Below are positions 56,612 through 64,000 of a DNA stretch of 64,000 nt, one piece after another. A program made the translations under genes and the position numbers. Origin of the DNA: Acidobacteriota bacterium. Lineage in GTDB: Bacteria > Acidobacteriota > Thermoanaerobaculia > Multivoradales > UBA5704. The notes below the pieces were generated by a model. The model ran no database searches, was not told where the DNA came from, and saw only the letters and a list, made by a program, of their open reading frames with translations. The stretch's first letter is position 1. Every line of letters begins with the position of its first letter. Where the stretch lies: positions 20,889-84,888 of the forward strand of contig JAXDKS010000034.1 of the NCBI GenBank assembly GCA_034666985.1, given 5' to 3'.

Positions 56612-57886
56612 ATGATTCAAGAGACGGATTCGATGGACCAGATCGTATCGAAGGGGCCGGGGATTTCCCGGAAGACCAAGGTGTGGATGGCGATGGCGGG
56701 GGGGATGGTGATCGCCTTCGTTCTCCTTTGGCCGGCGGTGAAGCGGTGGGCTCGGGCGGAGCAGTCGGTGGACTTTTCGCGGTTGCAGATCGCGACCGTG
56801 GTGCGGGGGGACCTGGAGCGGGACGTTTCCGCCCAGGGGCGGGTGGTGGCGGCCAATCATCCCAAGCTCTATAGCCCGACGCAGGGGATCGTTGCTCTGG
56901 CGGTCCGGCCCGGCGAGTCGGTGAAGGCGGGGCAGGTGCTCGCCAGGATCGCCAGCCCGGATTTGGACAGCTCCCTCAAGCAGGAGCAGTCCCGTCTCCA
57001 GTCGCTGGAGTCCGAGCTGTCGCGGACGGACCTTTCGACCCGGCAGCAGAACCAGGCCGACGAGCAGACTTTGAAGCTGCGGCGCGTGCGCCTGGACGCC
57101 GCCCGCCGCGATCTTCAGCGGGCCGAGACGCTGCGCGCCGACGGTTTGCTCAACGAGGTGGAGCACGAGCGCGCCAAGGACGCCGTGCGGGTGGCCGAGG
57201 TGGAGCTCGAGCAGGCGGAGGGTGGCGGCAAGCTCGGACACGAGGCGCGCGACTTCGAGATCCAGGACCGCCGGCGGCAGATCGATCGCCAACGTCTGGT
57301 GGTGGATGACCTCCAGCGCCGGGTGGGCGAGCTCACGCTGCGGGCGCCGTTCGACGGTATGGTCGCCACGGTCGACGTCCAGGACCGCGACGCCGTGGCT
57401 CCCAACACCGCCATCCTCACCATCGTGGACCTCTCGCAGCTCGAGGTGGAGGCGCAGATCCCCGAGAGCTATGCGCCCGACGCGTTGCCCGGCACTCCGG
57501 CCCTCGTCAACGTCGACGGCCGGGAGATCCCGGGCCGCCTGACGGCCGTCTCGCCCGAAGTGCGAGCGAGCCAGGTAGAGGGAACTGTGGCCTTCGCGGG
57601 CGTAGTGCCCGAGGGGCTGCGGCAGAGCCAGCGGGTGGCCGTGCGGCTCCTGCTGGAGAAGCACTCCGGAGTGCTCAAGGTGCCCCGCGGTCCGTTCCTG
57701 GACAGCGGCGGAGGCCGGCAGATCTACGTGCTGGCGGAGGGCCTCGCCACGCTGCGGTCCATCCGGGTGGGAGCGATGAGCGTCTCGGAAGTGGAGGTGG
57801 TGGAGGGCCTGCGCGAGGGAGAGCAGGTCGTGCTCTCCGAAATCCAACAGTTCAACGGCGCCAGGACCGTGCTGGTGCGGCGCTGA
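56612..57886 (+). CDS. HlyD-family membrane fusion protein (MacA-like periplasmic adaptor)
   Basis: N-terminal TM; coiled-coil; beta-barrel and MP domains (..LRAPFDGMVATVDVQ..). Confidence 0.8.
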   Translation: MIQETDSMDQIVSKGPGISRKTKVWMAMAGGMVIAFVLLWPAVKRWARAEQSVDFSRLQIATVVRGDLERDVSAQGRVVAANHPKLYSPTQGIVALAVRPGESVKAGQVLARIASPDLDSSLKQEQSRLQSLESELSRTDLSTRQQNQADEQTLKLRRVRLDAARRDLQRAETLRADGLLNEVEHERAKDAVRVAEVELEQAEGGGKLGHEARDFEIQDRRRQIDRQRLVVDDLQRRVGELTLRAPFDGMVATVDVQDRDAVAPNTAILTIVDLSQLEVEAQIPESYAPDALPGTPALVNVDGREIPGRLTAVSPEVRASQVEGTVAFAGVVPEGLRQSQRVAVRLLLEKHSGVLKVPRGPFLDSGGGRQIYVLAEGLATLRSIRVGAMSVSEVEVVEGLREGEQVVLSEIQQFNGARTVLVRR

Positions 57887-57900
57887 CAGAGGAGGAAACT

Positions 57901-58635
57901 GTGTTGAAGATGGAAGGGGTCACGAAGATCTATCGCACCGGCCTGGTGGAAACCCGCGCCCTTCGCAATTTTTCTCTGGAGGTCGAAGAGGGAGAATTCG
58001 TCACCATCACCGGTCCTTCGGGCTCGGGCAAGACGACCTTTCTGAACGTCGCCGGTCTGCTCGACGCCTTCGACGAGGGAAAGTACTGGCTCGACGGCCT
58101 CGACGTCAGCCGGCTCACCGACCGCGAGATGTCGCGCATCCGCAATGAGAAGATCGGGTTCATTTTCCAGAGCTTCAATCTGATTCCGGATCTCGACGTG
58201 TTCGACAACGTCGACGTGCCGCTGCGGTACCGGCGGCTGGCGGCGAAGGAGCGCCGGGAGCGCATCGAGCGCGCCGTCGCTCAGGTGGGGCTCACGTCGC
58301 GGCTGCGCCACCTGCCGTCGCAGCTCTCGGGCGGCCAGCAGCAGCGGGTGGCCATCGCCCGGGTGCTGGCCGGCGATCCCAAGCTGATTCTGGCCGACGA
58401 GCCGACGGGCAACCTCGACTCGGGGATGGCGCGCGAGATCATGGACCTGCTCGAAGAGATCAACCGCGCTGGGGCTACCCTCGTCATGGTCACCCACAAT
58501 CCCGAGTACGCGGCCCGCGCTCACCGCCGCCTTCACATCGCCGACGGCCGGCTGGTGGATCTCGAGCGCATCACACCGCTGCCTTTGAACCGGCGGACCG
58601 GCGAGGCGCGGCAGGCCGCCGCGCCGGCCGGCTGA
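57901..58635 (+). CDS. ABC transporter ATP-binding protein (MacB/LolD-type)
   Basis: Walker A GPSGSGKTT; signature LSGGQQQRVAIARVLA; Walker B LILADEPTGNLD. Confidence 0.85.
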   Translation: MLKMEGVTKIYRTGLVETRALRNFSLEVEEGEFVTITGPSGSGKTTFLNVAGLLDAFDEGKYWLDGLDVSRLTDREMSRIRNEKIGFIFQSFNLIPDLDVFDNVDVPLRYRRLAAKERRERIERAVAQVGLTSRLRHLPSQLSGGQQQRVAIARVLAGDPKLILADEPTGNLDSGMAREIMDLLEEINRAGATLVMVTHNPEYAARAHRRLHIADGRLVDLERITPLPLNRRTGEARQAAAPAG

Positions 58636-58654
58636 GACGTCTGAGGATACCGCC

Positions 58655-59980
58655 ATGCTGCTCTACAACCTCCGTCTCGCCTGGCACAGCCTGCGGCGCT
58701 ACCCGATGCTCTCGGCCTTGATCATCGCCGGCATCGCCCTGGGCGTCGGCGTGGCCACGCCGGCCATCACCACCCTTCACGTTTTGGGGCAGGACCCGAT
58801 CCCGCAGCGCAGCAGCGTTCTCTACTACGTCCGCATGGATTCCTGGGACCCGGTAGCTCCCCATCCCTCGGCGAGCGGAATTCCGTCGCAAATTACCTAC
58901 CGCGATATGCGAGAGATCATGAAGAGCCGAATTCCGGTACGCCAGACGGCGTCCTTCCCGGCCGCGCTGTACATCTATCCCGCGGACCGCAACGTTCGGC
59001 CTTCGCGGGAAACGGTGCGCCTGGTCTTCAGCGACTTTTTCCCCATGTTCGACGTGCCGTTCCGCTACGGCTCGGGATGGGACAAAGCGGCGGACGCCAA
59101 GCCCGAAGCGGTAGTGGTGATCAGCCATGCTCTGAACGCCCGGCTGTTCGGCGGTCATGACAGCGTCGGCCGGACGATCCGCATCGCCGACCGCGAGCTC
59201 CGGGTGGTGGGCGTGCTCGCGCCGTGGCGCCCCCGGATCCGCTTCTATGATCTGCTCGGCAATGCCACCCGCGAGCCGGAGTCGATCTTCATGCCGTTCA
59301 ACTGGATCGAGCCGATGGAGATCCATTCCGCCGGCACCCGCGACGGCTGGAAGGCGATGGAGGGCAATCCCACGTACCTGGAGAGCCTCCATGCTTCGGA
59401 GACCGTTTTCCTCCAGATGTGGGTGGAGCTGCCCGACCCGGCGCGAGCCCGGGCCTACCACGATTTTCTCGATGCCTACGTCCGCGAGCAGAAGAGGTTC
59501 GGACGATTCCAGCGTCCGCTCGACAACCGGGTGACGCCCCTCCTCGATCTCATGGCCGAGTGGCAGATCGTGGGGCCGTATTTCAAGGCGATCGCGGCGA
59601 TTTCCATCCTTTTCCTGATCGTCGCGTCGCTCAATCTGATCGGTCTCTTCCTGGGGAAGTTCCTGGCGCGAGCGCCCGTCGTCGGCATCCGGCGCGCACT
59701 GGGGGCGAGCCGCTCAGCGATCTTTTTGCAGCACCTGATCGAATGCGAGCTGGTAGGGCTGATCGGCGGCGGGCTCGGCCTCCTGATGTCCGCCGGTGTG
59801 CTGGCGGTCATGAACAAGGGTTTCGAGCGGATAACCCACATCGAGGATCTCTTCCAGCTCGATGCCGTCATGGTGCTGGCTGCCGTCCTGCTGTCGCTGG
59901 CCGCCGGGGCGATCGCCGGGATCTATCCCGCCTGGCGCATCTGCTCGCTCCCGCCCGCCCAACATCTCAAGAATCAGTAG
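58655..59980 (+). CDS. ABC transporter permease (FtsX/MacB-like; 4 TM with a large periplasmic domain)
   Basis: N-terminal TM; an about 250-aa periplasmic region; the C-terminal FtsX 3-TM bundle (..IRRALGASRSAIFLQHLIE..). Confidence 0.8.
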   Translation: MLLYNLRLAWHSLRRYPMLSALIIAGIALGVGVATPAITTLHVLGQDPIPQRSSVLYYVRMDSWDPVAPHPSASGIPSQITYRDMREIMKSRIPVRQTASFPAALYIYPADRNVRPSRETVRLVFSDFFPMFDVPFRYGSGWDKAADAKPEAVVVISHALNARLFGGHDSVGRTIRIADRELRVVGVLAPWRPRIRFYDLLGNATREPESIFMPFNWIEPMEIHSAGTRDGWKAMEGNPTYLESLHASETVFLQMWVELPDPARARAYHDFLDAYVREQKRFGRFQRPLDNRVTPLLDLMAEWQIVGPYFKAIAAISILFLIVASLNLIGLFLGKFLARAPVVGIRRALGASRSAIFLQHLIECELVGLIGGGLGLLMSAGVLAVMNKGFERITHIEDLFQLDAVMVLAAVLLSLAAGAIAGIYPAWRICSLPPAQHLKNQ

Positions 59981-60007
59981 CTCTGGGACCGAACGAGGAG
60001 ACCGATC

Positions 60008-61201
60008 ATGGAATTCGGACCGATTCTCCGTGCCGCGATCCACCACCGGGCGCGCACCATCCTGATCGTCGCCGAGGTGGCGCTCACCCTGGCGATCGTC
60101 ACCAACTGCCTCAGCCTGATCCGCAACCTCAAGTCCTTCCTGACCCACGAGTCCGGCTTCGACGACGACAACATGCTGTCGGTCGTCAGCGAGCCTTTCG
60201 ACGTGGCCTTCAAGGAGGACGCGTACCAGATTGCCAGCATCGACGACGACGTGCGCCGGCTGGGCGCGATGGCTGGGGTCAGCGCGGCGAGCACCACGAA
60301 TTTCCTGCCGTGGGCGGGCAGCGGCAACTCGGGCGAGGTCAAGATCGTCGGTGGCCCGGACACCAGGTTCCGCTCGCAGCAGTATGTGGCGGACCCCCAC
60401 TTGTTCGACACGCTGGGAGTCCACGTCATCCGCGGCCGGACCTTCACTCCGCAGGAGTACGAAAGCTCCGCATCCCCGAACAACACCGCCTTCAGCACCG
60501 TCGTCACGAAGGCTCTGGCGGACCGGATCTTTCCAGGCGAGGAGGCCCTCGGCAAGCGTCTCGAGAATCCTGACCATACTCAGGTCTACACGATTGTCGG
60601 CATCATCGACAAGTTCTATAACCCGTTCGAGCCGATCGACGAGCACGCCTGTTTCTTTCCGGGGCGCAGCAACTCCTACCTGGTGCGCGCCGAGCCGGGG
60701 AAGGCGGAGTTGCTCGTGCCCAGGATCGAACGTGCCCTGCTGCGAGCGAACGACGGCCGCAACGTGCGGGTGCGGACCCTCCGTGAGGTCAGGTCCGACT
60801 ATGACTACAGCTATCAATTGGCCGTGATTCCCCTGAACCTCGTGATGATTCTCCTCATCGTCGTCACCGCCCTGGGAATCGTCGGGATCACCTCCTTCTC
60901 GGTCGCCGAGCGGCGGCGGCAGATCGGCACCCGGCGGGCGCTGGGCGCCACGCGGGAAGCCATCCTGCGTCACTTCCTGTTGGAGAACTGGCTCGTCACC
61001 ACCGCCGGCGCGCTCCTCGGGCTGGGCCTCGCCGTCGCCCTCAACGTCGGCCTGGTTACCCTGGTCGCAGGAGCGAAGATCGAGTGGCCGGTGCTCGCTG
61101 CCGGCGTGGCTCTGCTGTGGACGGTCGGTCTGCTCGCGACGCTCGGCCCGGCGCTGCGCGCCTCGCGGGTGCCGCCGGCGATCGCGACGCGGAATGTGTA
61201 G
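60008..61201 (+). CDS. Second ABC transporter permease (FtsX/MacB-like)
   Basis: Same architecture: ..IGTRRALGATREAILRHFLLENWL.. in the C-terminal FtsX domain. Confidence 0.8.
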   Translation: MEFGPILRAAIHHRARTILIVAEVALTLAIVTNCLSLIRNLKSFLTHESGFDDDNMLSVVSEPFDVAFKEDAYQIASIDDDVRRLGAMAGVSAASTTNFLPWAGSGNSGEVKIVGGPDTRFRSQQYVADPHLFDTLGVHVIRGRTFTPQEYESSASPNNTAFSTVVTKALADRIFPGEEALGKRLENPDHTQVYTIVGIIDKFYNPFEPIDEHACFFPGRSNSYLVRAEPGKAELLVPRIERALLRANDGRNVRVRTLREVRSDYDYSYQLAVIPLNLVMILLIVVTALGIVGITSFSVAERRRQIGTRRALGATREAILRHFLLENWLVTTAGALLGLGLAVALNVGLVTLVAGAKIEWPVLAAGVALLWTVGLLATLGPALRASRVPPAIATRNV

Positions 61202-61217
61202 GCCCTCATCACCCCGG

Positions 61218-61261
61218 CCCTCTTCTCCCAGCCTTCCCACCGCCCGCCAGGGAGAAGAGGG
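61218..61261 (+). terminator. Stem-loop after the ABC permease gene (12-bp stem CCCTCTTCTCCC / GGGAGAAGAGGG)
   Basis: A perfect 12-bp inverted repeat with a 20-nt loop and no clear U-tract. Confidence 0.35.
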
Positions 61262-61392
61262 AGAGGTTAGTCAGAAGAAGAAGCAGCTTCTTGCGCATCG
61301 TCGTACCTCCGGGGAAAAAGTGAAACTTGTCGATATCCTTCAATAAGGTGCCTGCGAGGGATCGTGCCGGGACAGTGGGGTATATATAGAGG

Positions 61393-62811
61393 ATGTCCGC
61401 CCTCGAGGTCCTGATCGTCGAAGACCAGCCGGCCGTCTCGACCGCGCTTCAAGTGCTGTTCGAGATCCGGGGGATCCCCTGCGTCGCCGCCCGAAGCCCG
61501 GAGGAGGCGCTGCGGGTTCTGGCGGGGAAGGTGGGGGATACGATCGGCGTGGTCCTCCAGGACATGAACTTCCGTCCCGAGGCCACGTCGGGCGAAGAGG
61601 GAGTGGCCCTCTTCCGGGAGATCCGGCGGCGAGACCCGGGGCTGCCCATCCTTCTGATCACGGCCTGGACCTCGCTGGAGACGGCCGTCCAACTCGTCAA
61701 GGAGGGAGCGGCGGACTACCTGGCCAAGCCTTGGGATGACGAGAAGCTCCTGGCCTCGGTGCGCAACCTCCTGCGCCTGCGTGAGCTGCAGCTCGAGAAC
61801 GCCCGGCTGCGCAGCCGCTCGCAGCGGACGTGGGAGGATTTGGCGGAGCGCTACGACCTCTGCGGCGCCGTGTGGGCCAGCGACCGGATGCACGGGGTGG
61901 CGACCCTCGCCCTCCAGGTAGCCAAAGGGGACGTGCCGGTGCTGATCACGGGTCCCAGTGGCGCGGGCAAGGAGAAGCTGGCGGAGATCGTCCAGGCGAA
62001 CTCGGGCCGGCGGGAGCGTCCCTTCGTGCGGGTCAACGCCGGGGCCCTGCCGGACGAGCTTCTGGAGAGCGAGCTCTTCGGCGCCGAGGCGGGCGCCTAC
62101 ACGGGAGCCACCCGCCGGCGGGTCGGCCGCTTCGAGGCGGCGGACGGCGGCACCCTCTTCCTCGACGAGATCGGCAACCTCTCGGCCTCGGGGCAGGCCA
62201 AGCTCCTGCGCGTCCTCCAGAGCGGCCGCTTCGAGCGCCTTGGGAGCAGCGAGACCCGGCGGGTGGACGTGCGACTCATCTGCGCCACCAACGCCGACCT
62301 CCGCCGCGAGATGGCGACCGGCCGCTTCCGCGAGGACCTCTTCTATCGTCTGAACGTCATCGAGCTCCAGGTGCCGCCCCTGGGCGACCGGCCGGAGGAC
62401 GTGATCCCCCTCGCCGAGCGCTTCCTCCGCGATCTTTCCCCGGCACCGACCGGCTCGCTCTGGAGGCTCGATCCCGACGCCCGCGAGATCCTCGTACGGC
62501 ATCCCTGGCCGGGCAACGTCCGCGAATTGGAGAACACCCTGCGCCGGGCCGTGCTGGTGGCTTCGGGGGACACGATCGGTTCTGAGGATCTGGGACTCGG
62601 GGCCGCACCCGTTGGCGCCGCGCCCGCTCCTCTTTCCGAAGCCGCGGGCAACGATCTCCTCCTGGCCGAGCGGGTGCGGATCGAGCGCGCCCTGGAGGAA
62701 GCGGGAGGCATCGTGGCCAAGGCCGCCGAGATCCTCGGGCTCTCCCGCCAGGCGCTCTACCGCAAGATGGAGAAGCACGGATTGACGGTGGAGCGGCGGC
62801 TGCGGGGATGA
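61393..62811 (+). CDS. Sigma-54-dependent response regulator (NtrC family: receiver plus AAA+ sigma-54 activator plus Fis-type HTH)
   Basis: VLIVEDQP..; Walker A GPSGAGKE; ESELFGAEAGAYTGA (a GAFTGA variant); C-terminal HTH AKAAEILGLSRQALYRKM. Confidence 0.85.
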   Translation: MSALEVLIVEDQPAVSTALQVLFEIRGIPCVAARSPEEALRVLAGKVGDTIGVVLQDMNFRPEATSGEEGVALFREIRRRDPGLPILLITAWTSLETAVQLVKEGAADYLAKPWDDEKLLASVRNLLRLRELQLENARLRSRSQRTWEDLAERYDLCGAVWASDRMHGVATLALQVAKGDVPVLITGPSGAGKEKLAEIVQANSGRRERPFVRVNAGALPDELLESELFGAEAGAYTGATRRRVGRFEAADGGTLFLDEIGNLSASGQAKLLRVLQSGRFERLGSSETRRVDVRLICATNADLRREMATGRFREDLFYRLNVIELQVPPLGDRPEDVIPLAERFLRDLSPAPTGSLWRLDPDAREILVRHPWPGNVRELENTLRRAVLVASGDTIGSEDLGLGAAPVGAAPAPLSEAAGNDLLLAERVRIERALEEAGGIVAKAAEILGLSRQALYRKMEKHGLTVERRLRG

Positions 62812-62822
62812 TCTAGGATCTC

Positions 62823-62923
62823 GTCAACGCAGAAACAACGGTCTTCGTAGGGTGCGCTGTGCGCACCACAACCGCTCCTGGTGCGCACAGCGCACCCTAC
62901 GGATCAGGCAATCCTGCGTTGAC
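62823..62923. terminator. Long nested hairpin (outer 10-bp stem, inner perfect 22-bp stem, 10-nt loop) after the NtrC-type gene
   Basis: GTCAACGCAG...GTAGGGTGCGCTGTGCGCACCA-caaccgctcc-TGGTGCGCACAGCGCACCCTAC...CTGCGTTGAC. Confidence 0.45.
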
Positions 62924-63001
62924 AGATCGCTAGTGATATTTCTTTGCGCCGATAAGCTTGCTGGGCTGTCCGAACGAGCGTAGCTTGAGGGGCACGCCGC
63001 T

Positions 63002-64000
63002 ATGAGCTTCCAGACGGATGATCTGTCGCTGCTTGTCCTCGGTATCGAGGGTGATCAGCCCCCGGACGCCGAGCAGCCCGCGCTGCCGAATGGAATCCAT
63101 TGCCGCTGGCTTTTCGCGCCGGAACGGGGATTTCCCTGGGCGGGCTTCTATCTCTTCCGCCGCGAGACCCGGCCCTCCCGTCCGCGCTGCCTGAGCCCGG
63201 AGCTCCGCCGCTTCCATCCCGGCAACTCCCAGAGCCTCAGCGTGGAGACGCCGGTCGGCCGCCTCAGCAGCGCCAAGCCTCTCGTCTTCACCGAGGAATT
63301 CCCTCCGGACGGAGCGGTCGAGGTCGATCTCAACCAAGGGACCCTGCTGCGCTTCGACCTGCCGCCGGGAGTCGAGGCGCGGCGCGTGGACGTATGGATC
63401 GGCTTGCGCAGCGCGGGCCCTGCGACGACGCGAACCTGCGTCGACTTCCGCACTTTCCCCGCCGGCAGTGGACCGAGCCCGCGGACCGAGAAAGGGGCCG
63501 TCTTCACCACCGAGACGCCGCAGGTCAGCCCGCCGATCGCCCTAGCGACGATCGTGCAGTGGTCGCTTTCCCTTCGGGGCCTCCTGACGAGCCGCCAACT
63601 CACGATCGACCTCCCCTGCCCGGCCACGAGCGTCGACCTGCTGCTCACCAGCCGGATGGATCTCAGGATCGAGATCCTGGCGGCGGATGGCAAGAGCCTC
63701 GGGGTGAAGAGCTTCGTGTCCGGGGCCTTGCAGTTGGGGAGTGTGACGTTGACCGGCCCCGCGATCGCCAAGGTCGTCCTCACCGGCCCCTCCATCGACT
63801 CGGCGCTCCTGCACCAGATCTGCTGGGAGTGCCCGGCGACCGGCTCGGGGCCGGGGGCTCCGATCGAGGTCGCCGCTCTGACCGAAAAGGGAGTGGCAGC
63901 GCAGACGGTCGTCCAGGGGAACGCCGGACAGGTCGTCGCGGCCACACTGGAGGGCCAGGAGATCACCGCCGTCCAGGCCAACCTGGGGAATGCCGTGCTC
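63002..64000 (+). CDS. Hypothetical protein, 5' part (runs off the window end); absent from the ORF track because no stop lies in the window
   Basis: Manual translation from ATG 63002 (GAGGGG 11 nt upstream) gives a stop-free, compositionally protein-like frame: MSFQTDDLSLLVLGIEGDQPPDAEQPALPNGIHCRWLFAPERGFPWAGFYLFRRETRP...LTGPAIAKVVLTGPSIDSALLHQICWEC... The antisense ORFs here are Arg/Ser-rich and look spurious. Confidence 0.4.
   Translation, partial: MSFQTDDLSLLVLGIEGDQPPDAEQPALPNGIHCRWLFAPERGFPWAGFYLFRRETRPSRPRCLSPELRRFHPGNSQSLSVETPVGRLSSAKPLVFTEEFPPDGAVEVDLNQGTLLRFDLPPGVEARRVDVWIGLRSAGPATTRTCVDFRTFPAGSGPSPRTEKGAVFTTETPQVSPPIALATIVQWSLSLRGLLTSRQLTIDLPCPATSVDLLLTSRMDLRIEILAADGKSLGVKSFVSGALQLGSVTLTGPAIAKVVLTGPSIDSALLHQICWECPATGSGPGAPIEVAALTEKGVAAQTVVQGNAGQVVAATLEGQEITAVQANLGNAVL

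Noticed and set aside
63148-63981. 277-aa minus-strand ORF at the window end
   Set aside because: An Arg/Ser-rich composition bias, while the opposite strand has a cleaner protein-like frame with an RBS.

Overview
This is a 64 kb window of high-GC (about 68-70%) bacterial chromosome; the phylum cannot be assigned from sequence alone. The backbone is ordinary housekeeping and regulatory content (details in features):
- Adaptive-response DNA repair: alkA-ogt with an ATGA start/stop overlap.
- RNase D and a secreted glycoside-hydrolase-like protein.
- An HD-GYP c-di-GMP phosphodiesterase.
- Two histidine kinase/response regulator pairs.
- An actinobacterial-style cell-wall signalling cluster on the minus strand: FhaA-like FHA, PP2C phosphatase, Ser/Thr kinase, SEDS-PBP fusion, FHA.
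- An ECF sigma factor cotranscribed with a Ser/Thr kinase.
- A Tat-exported flavin amine oxidase, a sulfatase and an asparaginase-2-type amidohydrolase.
- A MacAB-like ABC efflux system and an NtrC-type sigma-54 activator.

Interspersed are at least four lower-GC (about 45-55%) patches that look horizontally acquired and carry conflict-system genes:
1. 12.9-15.9 kb: a TIR-domain protein next to a nucleoside-2-deoxyribosyltransferase/SLOG-like protein (a Thoeris-like pair), flanked by a UPF0175/DUF3368 toxin-antitoxin module.
2. 39.7-45.5 kb: a DUF4062-TIR-TM-SPOR multidomain protein, a Uma2 nuclease, and an operon of a standalone SLOG protein plus a SLOG-SLATT (4TM) effector.
3. 52.1-56.3 kb: an XRE-ImmA/IrrE regulator with a DUF4411 PIN-like gene, a DUF433/DUF5615 toxin-antitoxin pair, a UPF0175 antitoxin with a decayed DUF3368 remnant, and a YhcG-type PD-(D/E)XK nuclease.
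4. 27.3-28.8 kb: a Cys-rich secreted protein.

Two tandem-repeat arrays are present: ten 42-bp units at 11.8-12.2 kb and about fourteen 21-bp units at 50.4-50.7 kb. Each lies next to one member of a pair of paralogous small hypothetical proteins. A pair of inverted 43-bp palindromic elements sits inside the rodA/pbp-pkn operon junction.

Many long antisense ORFs in the six-frame track are high-GC artefacts and were not called.
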